Below are positions 30,001 to 39,541 of a DNA stretch of 64,000 bases, piece by piece. The position numbers and the translations under genes are program-made. Position 1 is the first letter of the stretch. The number at the start of each line of letters is the position of its first letter. This stretch comes from Octopus sinensis (taxonomy: Eukaryota), in contig NC_043002.1 of NCBI RefSeq assembly GCF_006345805.1, positions 89,342,001-89,406,000 on the forward strand, read 5' to 3'. The notes under the pieces were generated by a model, which saw nothing but the letters and a program-made list of their open reading frames with translations, was not told the DNA's origin and made no database searches.

Positions 30001-32888
30001 CACCTCGTCCCAGGTTTTCCTGGGTCTACCTCTTCCACAGGTTTCCTCAACCGCTAGGGTGTGGCACTTTTTCACATACCTATCTTCATCCATTCTCGCC
30101 ACATGACCATACCAGCACAATCACTGGTATATATATATATCAATATATAAAATTTGCACCCCAGTTATTTAAAGTTATTTCTTTTTTGTTAATTTGCTTG
30201 CTTTTTTTCTTCTTCCAGATACAGCCTACCAAATTTAAAATTTGGAAAACTTGATGGATCTCGCTATCCTGATATTGCTAAAAAGTAAGCTTATTTGATT
30301 TTTTTTTAGCTATTTTATTCTAATTTTTATAATTAAGGTTCAGTGGTTTTTATATATTTTCTCTAGATCCAATGTTTGTATATATTTTCTGTTAAGAAGT
30401 TTGCTTCCTAATCACTGTGTGGCACTCAGGACAAATGTCTTCTATTACAGCCCTGAGCAAACCAAAGCCTTGTGAGTGGAATTGGTTGGCAGAGACAGAA
30501 AGAAGCCCATTGTATATATGTGTGTGTTTGTGCTCCTCTTCTTGACATTGCATAATAGTTGTAAATAAGTGTTGTTGTGGTGGTGGTGGTTGTAGTTGCA
30601 GTGATAGTTGTTTTCTCTAGATCCAATAATTGTTTGTTTTTTTAAATTTTGGTTTGTGGTCTGGTAATTGCTAAGAAAATTAGGTGCAGATAATGGCTTG
30701 TTAGGTATGCAAGTCATGTACAGATATGTTGTTAGTAACAGGTTCAGCAATGAATGGCATGGCTTGGTTCCCAACTCCTCTGCTGTTTGTGGGAACTTTT
30801 CTAGGATCTTTTCGGTTTGAATGGCAGTTTTTTCTAGCGGTGTCATATGAAATTGTCACTCATAATTATGACCCTAGTATTGATCTATTGCATTTCAATC
30901 TGTTTTAGGGTTAGGGGTAAGGGTATCTTTTTTTCTTCACAAATGTAAATAAACCCAATCTGTTTCTTAAATGAGGGACATATTCATATGGCACAGATAT
31001 AGCAAAACCAGTCGACTATTATATTCTATCTATTAATGTTTTTTTTACCTCAATAGACGTCAGTGATTGGTTGAAATTGCAGAAATTGAAGAAAAACAAC
31101 AAATATCTTACAAACTATAGAATTTTCTCAATAAAGCCAAGAGAAAAAGATGTTTTATAAACACATTCTACCAGTATACGAAGTTTAAAATTGTTTAGTT
31201 ACCTAGAAATTATGTTAAAAACTGCCGTTCAAACCGAAAAGATCCCATTATTGTTGTACTAACTTTGCTTAAGTGATTATAATCCATTATCAGATCAAGA
31301 ATGTTAAATGACGATAGTGATATAATCTGAAGACCATTTTGAAACAATATTTTATAAATTAATAATCACAAGCTCATCATTACCATAATTTTTCCCATGT
31401 TCATAGCAGTCAGACTGAATGTGTTGAGGCAGATTTTTTTTTCCTATTGTCAACTTTGCCTGTTTCCAAGCAAGATACTATTTCCCCATGACTAGTCATA
31501 TTTTCATGAAAGATTGGAAACAAAGGATAACACTTGCATGAGAGAGCAAGAAACAAGACACACACACACATAAATAGTGAAAAAGAATTTCATTGAAGAG
31601 ATTTTCCCATGTGGTAAGTTGTAGTGAAAAAATATAAAAGAAAAGGAAAATACACACAATTTATATATTATAAAGGATAGAATACTATGATAGTCAACCA
31701 GTTTTGTGACTAGCAAAACCAGTCGACTATTATATTCTATCTATTAAAATTATGTGCATTTTCCTTCTTTTATTATATATATATATATATATATGGGATG
31801 TGCTTCTTTCAGTTGCCATCTATCAAATTCACTCACAAAGCTTTGATTGACCTGGGGCTATTGTACAAGAAACCTGCCCACACACTGTAGGATTGAAACT
31901 GGAACTGTGTAGTTGGGAAGAAAACTTTTTACCAGACAGCCACTTCTGTGCTGTATTTTAATCATATTTTAAAATAAATTGGGCAAGTATTTCTCATTTA
32001 GCAGAAAATGGCAATTTTGTATCGTGAAATATGTAAAATTAAGTAATATTGATGTCATTTCAAAGATGCCGTTGCATTAAAAATGTTCTGTGTTTGCAGA
32101 TATAACATTGATACAAGTACTTGGTCAAAACAACTTCCAGCTGTTATCCTTTTCCAAGAAGGCAAGGAAAAAAGCAGGCTTCCCATACTTGATGCTAAGA
32201 ACAAAGTCGTGAAATATAACTTCCAGAAAGTAAGGATTTTTTTAGAGTGTCTCTGAAATAAAATAGGTTTGGATTATTTTGTCTAATTAACTTACCTTCT
32301 TGATATAATGTCATTTAGTCCTAGATCAAACTTATGATCAAAAGCATTCCAATTTTTGATCATCTCACCTTTTTCCAAGATATGGTACATCTAGAATCAC
32401 ATCCTGGTATTATAGTCTGATTTGAGGAAGATTTGGATGCTATTTCTAGCAGGTGAAGTGACTATGAAAAAGTTCCCTTGATTGAAATTACCATTGAACA
32501 AGCCTCTTTTCCACTTTTGGAAATAATCTTTAAAAAGGACCATTTTGCATTTTTAATGAGGAACTTGGAATTATGGTAGAAATGTTATTTTACATAACTA
32601 AATTAAAACTGACAAATGAAAACTGCTAATTAATCACTTTGTTAATAGCCAATGTTCTTAACTGACTAATTTTCAAATTTAATTTGAGACTGTTTCTTTT
32701 ATTTTTTAAATAATATAATACAAATATAAATACATTGTTTTTTCAAGGAAAATTTTATCAGAGATATTGGCTTAAATGATGCCTTCCACCAGTGCAAGAA
32801 AACTTGCCCCAAAGAGAAGAAACCTAAAGAAAATGACCCAAAGAATAGCACAGCTGACAAAGATTTGGATTCAAAAAAGAAAGATTGA
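13848..32888 (+). CDS. TMX2: Thioredoxin-related transmembrane protein 2, complete spliced CDS (8 exons, 837 nt, 278 aa)
   Basis: Exons 13848-13988, 20197-20257, 24431-24544, 27122-27198, 29076-29182, 30219-30284, 32100-32229, 32748-32888. All introns are GT-AG and phases join into one open frame. Motifs: IKNRR, PEPAYAGPENLTYF, DEIERDKRISWVIAFYAAWSPAC (SxxC thioredoxin site), LKFGKLD, KQLPAVILFQEGKE, C-terminal KKKD. Confidence 0.92.
14935..15215 (-). mobile_element. SINE tail type B fragment
   Basis: Reverse-complement match to 47680-47920; explains the spurious ORF 14911-15267. Confidence 0.7.
15452..17143 (-). mobile_element. RTE family 1, longest copy, reaching into the RT domain
   Basis: Contains *GSVLSPLVF and WELLYADDL (about 16940-17060), the PHD-like Cys cluster, MLHGSETW, RLRWYGHVVRM, the 3' UTR and a (CAT)n tail; has stops and small deletions. 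Confidence 0.92.
17205..17668 (+). mobile_element. RTE family 1, 3' UTR-only copy
   Basis: Inverted relative to the 15452 copy; (ATG)n tail at about 17652-17668. Confidence 0.85.
17905..18305 (-). mobile_element. tRNA-derived SINE, tail type A
   Basis: Reverse-complement match to the 19051 copy. Confidence 0.75.
18345..18770 (+). mobile_element. Probable L1/Tx1-type LINE 3' end
   Basis: Short ORF end RMARMNDEATLSIIL*, pyrimidine-rich UTR, AATAAA at about 18736, then a (TCTA/TCTG)n tail. Confidence 0.4.
19051..19440 (+). mobile_element. tRNA-derived SINE (CORE-like body, tail type A), near full length
   Basis: A-box-like TGGCTGTGTGG, B-box-like GGTTCATTCCC, CACCTTGGGCAAGTG core, TA/TG microsatellite hinge, tail ending GTAAAAGAGTAAAAGAG. 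Confidence 0.85.
19576..19960 (-). mobile_element. RTE family 1, 3' UTR fragment
   Basis: CATCATCGTTTAACGTCCGTTCTCCATGCTAGCATGGGTTGGACGG start and repeated GTGCCACC units. Confidence 0.85.
20197..20257 (+). CDS. TMX2: TMX2 exon 2
   Basis: Acceptor tctctcacAG; KEWEWLTFLACIIVIKNRRQ; donor GTAAGT, phase 1. Confidence 0.9.
20369..20761. mobile_element. MITE family A, copy 2
   Basis: Both TIRs of about 28 nt are present; near-identical to copies 1 and 3. Confidence 0.88.
21138..21462 (-). mobile_element. RTE family 1, 3' UTR fragment
   Basis: Same terminal sequence with a (CAT)n tail. Confidence 0.85.
22385..22885 (+). mobile_element. tRNA-derived SINE, tail type A, with an internal tandem duplication
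   Basis: The body segment occurs twice (about 22432-22526 and 22527-22640). Confidence 0.75.
22995..23215. mobile_element. piggyBac-type MITE, copy 1
   Basis: TTAA|CCCTTTCGTTAC ... AACGAAAGGG|TTAA: CCC/GGG ends with a TTAA target duplication. Confidence 0.88.
23295..23733 (+). mobile_element. RTE family 1, 3' UTR fragment
   Basis: Four GTGCCGGTGGCAYGTAAAA units and a (GAT)n tail. Confidence 0.85.
24068..24277. mobile_element. pogo/Tigger-like MITE
   Basis: TA|CAGTAATC ... GATTACTG|TA with imperfect extended TIRs. Confidence 0.65.
24431..24544 (+). CDS. TMX2: TMX2 exon 3
   Basis: Acceptor ccttttcAG; (T)NFLSYISTACMFGKALNFLLFLKQGPIYGLCFAIPCL; donor GTAAGT, phase 1. Confidence 0.88.
24705..25150 (-). 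mobile_element. RTE-type LINE family 2, 3' fragment
   Basis: DGTYTHLLMRTQNLSWKRHP...RRVQFAGHCCRAENE...; short UTR and (ATG)n tail; close match to the 35935 copy. Confidence 0.85.
25349..25678 (+). mobile_element. Second tRNA-derived SINE family, near full length
   Basis: Head GGTGCATGGCGCAGTGATTAGAG..GAGTTTGATTCC, body TTGTGTACTTGAGCAAG; repeated at 28300 and 28793. Confidence 0.8.
25770..26170 (+). mobile_element. 3' end of a restriction-like-endonuclease non-LTR retrotransposon (HERO-like, R2 superclade)
   Basis: 25834-26010 reads IEVGCRGFVGHSVR*LLLSLGLTHRKVNTTMTDIQSTVEKASHWIWLKRDDERWLEVY*. The IEVGCRGF...AS.W.WLKR....W pattern is what I recall for HERO-type RLE C-termini. A GC-rich structured UTR follows. 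Confidence 0.75.
26460..26920 (+). mobile_element. Degenerate R4/Dong-like RLE retrotransposon fragment
   Basis: Frame-broken motifs ILRHDEVGSYIH*AI, EIRIFKM*GMKVKT*PIIIGALG and LLGSA. Confidence 0.65.
26940..27005. repeat. Compound (TG)n(TA)n microsatellite
   Basis: Seen directly. Similar tracts lie at 4240-4312, 6580-6800, 9345-9395, 10080-10155 and 38565-38610. Confidence 0.95.
27122..27198 (+). CDS. TMX2: TMX2 exon 4
   Basis: (L)HLIFCPEPAYAGPENLTYFRGSHLP; donor GTAAGT, phase 0. Confidence 0.9.
28300..28600 (+). mobile_element. Second tRNA-derived SINE family copy
   Basis: Collinear with the 25349 copy. A partial copy lies at 28793-28930, and related minus-strand copies with another tail lie at about 48730-48930 and 52750-53000. 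Confidence 0.8.
29076..29182 (+). CDS. TMX2: TMX2 exon 5 (thioredoxin active-site exon)
   Basis: DEIERDKRISWVIAFYAAWSPACISFAPIFAEVSS; donor GTAAGT, phase 2. Confidence 0.93.
29261..30118 (-). mobile_element. RTE family 1, chimeric copy with an internal duplication
   Basis: WYGHVARMDEDRYVKKCHTLAVEETCGRGRPRKTW plus 3' UTR; a segment of about 95 nt is repeated at about 29645 and 29742. Confidence 0.85.
30219..30284 (+). CDS. TMX2: TMX2 exon 6
   Basis: (E)YSLPNLKFGKLDGSRYPDIAK; donor GTAAGC, phase 2. Confidence 0.92.
30804..31245. mobile_element. MITE family A, copy 3 (with a 38-nt insertion)
   Basis: Both TIRs are present; extra sequence at about 30998-31035. Confidence 0.88.
32100..32229 (+). 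CDS. TMX2: TMX2 exon 7
   Basis: (K)YNIDTSTWSKQLPAVILFQEGKEKSRLPILDAKNKVVKYNFQK; donor GTAAGG, phase 0. Confidence 0.92.
32748..32888 (+). CDS. TMX2: TMX2 exon 8 (last coding exon)
   Basis: Acceptor ttttcaAG; ENFIRDIGLNDAFHQCKK...DLDSKKKD, stop TGA at 32886-32888. Confidence 0.9.
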   Translation, partial: ENFIRDIGLNDAFHQCKKTCPKEKKPKENDPKNSTADKDLDSKKKD

Positions 32889-34845
32889 AATAATTTGTGT
32901 GTGTATGTGTGTGTTACTTGGCCAGACTGTTTTTCTAACCTCAATATGTGTGAGTTAATATAGACATTTGAAATACCATTAATTCTTTATAGAGATAAGT
33001 GGAAAAGTAAAATAAAATTAGCTTCTTTTGTATGTTATGTGTATGATTTTTTTTCCATATCTATCTATCTTTATATATATATATATATATATTGCAGGTA
33101 AACCTATCATTGTTTTACATTTTGTTTCATAGTTAAAACTTTTAAAGCTTCATTTTATTTCATTAACACATAGGAAAGTGAAAGTAAAAAAAAAAAAAGT
33201 CAACAGTAAATACGAAAAGTTAGTAACAATACTTCTTGAACAGTAGAAGATTTGAATGTTTATTCAAAGCTATACATTGACTAACAGTCTTTTGGTTAGT
33301 TACTTATTTATTAAGCTTTGAGTATTTTTATGAGCTACAAAGCATCTGTTTGAAAGGTTAGAAGGAAATATAAAGCTTGATTTAGTTATTTATATTTAAT
33401 AACAAGCACAATGGCTGTTTGGAGGTTAAGGATTTTGCTTTTGTACCTCTGAACAAGTCACTTAACTCTACTTCAGTTTGACTGAACATAAAATTATTTC
33501 ATAATTGTGTGGTTAGCTGAAAGACATTAAAAGCTGTTAAAACAATTGCTTTGACAAATAAAATAGATTGGTCATGTGATTCAATCAGAATTCTACTTCT
33601 CAAAGTATTTCTTTGCAGTATTTGCATTTTACCTGATTATTGAAAAATTTAAGCTTACATGTTGCTGGCTCGTAAGGTTTCTAACTATGCAATCGTACAA
33701 ACAGAACAAAAGATTTTCTGTCAATAAAGTTGCAATGGAACTCTTTCATGCAGCCAATTTCTCCATCTACAATACATTATGTCACTCTTTCCCAAAACAC
33801 CTAACTGGAATTGTGGAACAGTTTTTTGAAGAATAATAAAAATGCATTTCAAAATCACTTAAGCCTTACAGACTTATCTTGATTTTGGTAATTAGTATTA
33901 AATGGACAGAGGCATGGCTGGTTGGTTAATAGCTTGCTTAGTTAACCACATGGTTCTGGGTTCAGTACTGTGCAGCACCTTGATCAATTGTCTTCTACCA
34001 TAACTTCAGGTTGACCAATATATCTTTTGCTGAGAAACTGAGAAACCAAAAATACACATTCTTGAAATAAAGTCCCTTGTGAAATATGTTCTGTACTAAG
34101 TTAAAGATACTCCCTGTCATGTACATCATCAGAAATGCAGTAAGTGAATGATTGGTCTGTTGAAAACCTGTAACAAATGATACTATTGTTTTTATATATA
34201 TGGCTTTAGTTGGTCAAGGCTGACCATGCCTCTGCACGTGTGTGCAGAAGCCTAGGTAAGATCTTTTTGGGGAAGACTGGCAGTTGCACGTGCAAGCAAG
34301 TCTCCCTTTCCACACCAGTGATGTGAATCCAAAGGAAAGGATTGGGGCTGATACAGCGTGGTACTATCAGAATACAAAGAGCTGGAATAAATACTGTAAG
34401 ACCTCTTTCCCTAATCAACCTTTCTGGATTAAAACTTTTTTTTTGTTGACCTGAAAGGATGAAGGACAACACTGACCTTGGCAAATTTTGAACTCAGAGA
34501 GTAGAGATTACTGTTCTGACCTCGTCTAATAGCCAGTGCTCTCAACTGAACTAAATTTGACAAGTTGCAAAAGCATTTCATGTTTTGGAGAAAAAAAATG
34601 CTCAGTTATGAACTCTAATTACTTCAATTTTACATCTTGTTCTTAATTGATTTTAACTTCTCTTAATTTATTCAGTTACAGTATTTCATCCTCCTCTTTT
34701 ACTTTCCTAACTTTTACTAACCAGCATTACTCTGTTGTCTTACTACACTCTTGTTTTACAGTGCTAAGCCTACTTTTAAATTCAGATCAAAATGAATACC
34801 ATTACTGCTATCCATAGAAACCGTCTTGATCAGTTTTATATTTAA

Positions 34846-35209
34846 CTAGCACTATGACCTGGCAACGCCGGGTCATACTGCTAGTGCATGCATACACAGA
34901 TGCGTGCATGTGCACATACATGCGAGTACTGTCCAAATCTCCGACCAATCACATACAGCTAGCTGGCATTCAATTAGCATATCAAGTTTCAGGCATTTTG
35001 ATTGGGTTTTGGATAGAAAATTCACAAAAAAAGTCACTTCTATTGATTTTTTTCATAGCTTTGCGGGGTGACTGGGGAAATGTAAAAATGTGCACAACCA
35101 CCCTTGGACGGTTTTAAATGATCATAGAAAGTGCGAGCCCTCTAATTGAAAAATTATGGATTTGTATAAAGGACACACACGCAGACATTTTGCCGTTTAT
35201 ATATAGAGA
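34846..35209 (-). mobile_element. Non-autonomous Helitron
   Basis: The minus strand starts A|TCTCTATATATAAA and ends with the hairpin ATGACCCGG-CGTTG-CCAGGTCAT followed by ..CTAG|T; inserted between A and T with no target duplication. Confidence 0.85.
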
Positions 35210-35934
35210 TTAGTAAAACAAGTCATCTGACTTTCACAGGTTTAAGATCAATACTAATATAATGAGCTGTTATATTGACCAATTTGTGTATAGTCTATTC
35301 CAGGCATGGGCAATCTTTTGCAAGAAGCTGGCCATGTGAAATATGGCTCATCATCAAGCAGGCTGCATTACTAGAAAGAAATCAAGGCACTCTTTTCATT
35401 GGCATACTATTCAGAAAGTCATGTGTGCTGCATTTTGCCCACAATTGGTCTGTTCTCTGCACCTCACACACAATTGAGCAAAACCCAGATTCTTATGTAG
35501 ATAACTTCTCATTGTTAAATGTTTGCTTTGCAACAAAGTGGTTTTGGGCATCAATATGGAATCTAGATATATACAATTGTCAGGGATGACCAATACGTTT
35601 TGATATTTAGTTCCTTCCCTTACAAAATAAGTACTTGACAAATAGGATAAAATCCCTTGAAGGTGATGCCCCAACAGTCAAATGTTTGAAATCAATAAAA
35701 GAATTCAAGGGAAAAAAAAATAATATAAACACAAATCATTTTCTGAAGTAGCTAAATTTAAAACAATCACGAAGGTCCATGAATAATACATCTTGATTTT
35801 AGGGCCTAAACTATCTCAAAAAAAAAAACAAAAAAAAAAGCACCCATAATTTTAATCTTGATTTTGGTGAAAAATGTCTTTATAAATAACTTTTTGTCAC
35901 TTCTAATTCTATCTACTAAGCACTTTTAAAGATC

Positions 35935-36453
35935 TAACTAGAAAGGGTATGGCCTGGTCAGCCTGTAATGATATGCATAAGATCTGGTCATCAAATCGAA
36001 GTAGAGACTTCAAACTTGAAATCTTCAAAGCCACAGTTGAACCAATTCTACTATATGGCTCAGAAACCTGGACGTTATCAAAGAAGCTTGAGAGGCGGTT
36101 GGATGGAACTTACACTCGCCTCCTTATGAGAGCTCAAAATCTCTCGTGGAAGCGCCATCCAACCAAAATGCAAATATATGGGAAACTACCACCTGTGTCA
36201 TCTCTTGTGAAAGGTAGGAGAGTCCAGTTTGCTGGACATTGTTGTAGAGCTGAAAATGAGGTAATTTCTACTCTTCTCCTCTGGAAGCCATCTACTCGCA
36301 ATACCAGAGGGCGCACATCTCCTACCCTGATGTAATTTCCAGGGGTACAGGCATCCAGCAACAAGACCTCCGTAATGCCATGATGGACCGTGAAGTCTGG
36401 CATAGCATGGTAAATTCCATTGTCTCGACCACGGTTGAACAATGATGATGATG
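35935..36453 (+). mobile_element. RTE-type LINE family 2, 3' fragment
   Basis: AWSACNDMHKIW...VEPILLYGSETWTLSKKLERRLDGTYTRLL...FAGHCCR; ends GAACAATGATGATGATGA. Confidence 0.88.
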
Positions 36454-36487
36454 AAAGATCAATTATTTTTGTAATGCATTGGTTTTA

Positions 36488-37616
36488 TTGGGTCACCCCT
36501 TAAATAATGCAGTTTTTTTCAATTGCATGAACTAAAACTCAGAGGGGGACGGAATAAACTACCTGCATCAACTTGCTATAAAAGCAGTTAGTAATTTTAC
36601 CTTATGCTCATTCTTAGTGCAAGTTTTGAAGAGTGCAATTTGATTTTAATAGTTATTTTTCAAAGCTATAATGGAAGTGACAAAGGAGCATATTCAGCAT
36701 ATTTTGCTTTATGAGTTCAATAAAAGTAGCAACACAGTGTCAACGGTGGTTCCAGAAATTCCAAACTGGAAGCTACAGCCTAGAAGACGAGCCTCGTCCT
36801 GGAAGATCTGTAGAGCGCTCGATGAGGATGTTCTGCAAACCCACTGTAACTGTTGAGGAACTAGCAGAGAAGCTTGAATTTGGTCTTTCAACTATCAATT
36901 TGGTCATCAACACCTGTGTGCCATCAGAAAAGTAAGCAAATTGAGTTAATGGGTTCCTCACAAACTTTCTGAGTCTAATCGCATGCATAGAGTGAATGTG
37001 TACTCTTTACTATCATGTCTCACAAATGAATTTTTTTTTGGACCGAATAGTGACTGGTGACAAGAAATGGGTTCTCTAAAAAAATGTCAAGCGCTGAAAA
37101 CAGTGGGTAGGGAAAGGAGAAACACCAGCACCCCAGGTTAAAGAAGGTCTTCACCCACATAAGGTGTTGTTATCCATTTGGTGGGATAGAAAAGGTTTAG
37201 TCCACTTTGAACTTTTAAACCCAAACCAAATGATAACAAAGGAGATCTACTGCAAGCAGCTTAAGTCAGTGTTAGAAGGAAAACGACCATCTTTGGTTTC
37301 AAGATGAAATGTGCTCTTCCACATACAGCAAAAATGACATTCCAAAGGCTGGAGCAGTTTGAATGGGAAACAATGCCTCAACCCACTATATTCGCTGGAC
37401 ATTGCTCGTCTTCAAAATCATTTGGACGGAAAGAATATGAATTCTGTAGATGAGGTCAGAACAGTACTGGAGGAGTATTTTTCATCACGGACAAGTAGAT
37501 GGAAGAGCATTGTAGAAAATGAAGGAGAGTATATTTTAGATTAAAAAAGAACTTTGCTTATCTTAATTTTGAAAAGCAAAAGTATAAAAAACTGCATTAT
37601 TTATGGGATGATCCAA
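36488..37616 (+). mobile_element. Mariner-family DNA transposon fossil with both TIRs
   Basis: TA|TTGGGTCACCCCTTAAATAATGCAGTTTTT ... AAAAACTGCATTATTTATGGGATGATCCAA|TA. Pseudo-transposase MEVTKEHIQHILLYEFNK, LDRIVTGDKKWVL, GLHPHKVLLSIWWD, YSLDIA; stops and deletions. Confidence 0.92.
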
Positions 37617-38402
37617 TATTTTAGCTGATAATACATGAAGAACATAGTGTTTTAGTTATTTTAAAAGCATGATTTAACAAAATGAAATTTAAATTACCAG
37701 TACTCGACAGAAGAATTTAATGTAATGTTGGGCATGGCATATACCAATACCCTGTGCTCATTATAAAGAAGTTCTCATGAATGTTTTTATTAAGCTGATT
37801 AATTGATTCTCAATGTATAATCTGAAAATATAAACTATGAAAACTTGAAATTGAAGGGACTTCAGTCAAACAGAATGAAAATTAAGAAGGCCAAGAGTTT
37901 CATGAAACAATATATGTAATTCTACAGGTTAGAATAATATTGCCAGAAAGGGAATGGCTTGAAAAGGATTGCTCAAAAGGGCACTGGGTTCTATGATAGT
38001 GTGACAAGAAACCAAAACTCAAATGTAGCAGACCTGGAGTTGCTTGAAAACTGGAGACTCTTCGAAATGCTTGCTAAAAACAGACAAGTCCTAGCATCTG
38101 ATTAACACTTAATGCAGTTAAGTGGCTAGACAGAAGTAGAAAAAAAATTTTTTTAACTAATTTTTTGCCTTCATTATGAAAATAAAAATAAAGTGAGTAT
38201 GTATAAATATGCTAAATGTTGTGAATCATGAGTCAATACATAGGTTCTATTGTGAAACATCAGGAGTGAATGTAGGGATTAAAGAAATGAGTTGAGGAAA
38301 GCCTATTTAGAAAGTAACATTAATATGCAATCAGAAATCCAAGGCATTGGCCCATGTAGCAAAGAAAAACTATCCTGATCTAAATGAAAGTGAACATGTT
38401 AT

Positions 38403-38565
38403 AGGTGCAGGCGTCACTGTGTGGTAAGCAGCTTGCTTATCAACAACATGGTTCCGGGTTCAATCCCACTGTGTGGCACCTTGGGCAGGTGTCTTCCACT
38501 ATAGCCTCCGGCTAACCAAGCCTTGTGAGTGGATTTGGTAGATGGAAACTGAAAGAAGCCTGTCG

Positions 38566-38608
<43 letters not shown>

Positions 38609-38810
38609 ATATTTTTGCTTGTCCCCCCCCCCACCATCGCTTGATAATTGATGTTGGTGTTTTTATGTCCCCGAAACTTATCAGTTTGGCATAAGAGACT
38701 GATAGAATAAATACTAGGCCTACAAAGAATAATCCCTGAGGTTGATTTCTTTGACTAAAGGTGGTGCTCCAGCATGGCCACAGTCAAATGACTGAAATGA
38801 GTAAAAGAGT
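38403..38810 (+). mobile_element. tRNA-derived SINE, tail type A
   Basis: Collinear with the 19051 copy. Confidence 0.85.
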
Positions 38811-39279
38811 ATGTGTATGGACTGTGTGTGTGCCACGATCTGGTGGTTGAGGATATATGCAGTACATGAAAACATAGCAAGTACATTTACATATTTCAAT
38901 CGGAGTTGATGTTGGACTGAGATGCATACAGAAATGTGTGCTGCAAATCTCTCCAACACAAAGTTAAAATGATGGTGGGCTTGATTCACTAATTCAATAT
39001 TTACAGGGCAATGTTTACGTCGCTAGCACTCAGATTATTCTGTCCAATGTTAATGCATATCTATTCACATTCTTTTGAATAAATCCTGCATTATTTCATT
39101 GCTTCAAGATGAAGTGATTGTTTCTTTTAAGAATGACATTGGAGCATAGGTTTAAGAGGCTGGATCTGGCTGGTTTTAACATAAAACAAAGAGAATACTT
39201 AGGCCAAGGCCAGTTTAAATACTAAAAGATTAAGATAATTACTAGAGATATGACAACAAAAGCTTGAAGACTATAGCCT

Positions 39280-39541
39280 GACCCCCGTGCCGGTGGCACG
39301 TAAAAAGCACCATCCAATCATGGCATATTGCCAGCCTCGTCTGGCACCTGCACCGGTGGCACGTAAAAAGCACCCACTACACTCATGGAGTGGTTGGCGT
39401 TAGGAAGGGCATCCAGCCGTAGAAACATTGCCAGATCAGACTGGGCCTGGTGCAGCCTTCTGGCTTCCCAGACCCTAGTTGAACCGTCCAACTCATGCTA
39501 GCATGGAAAACGGACGCTAAACGAAGATGATGATGATGATT
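39280..39541 (+). mobile_element. RTE family 1, short 3' end
   Basis: Two palindromic units and a GATGATGAT tail. Confidence 0.85.
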
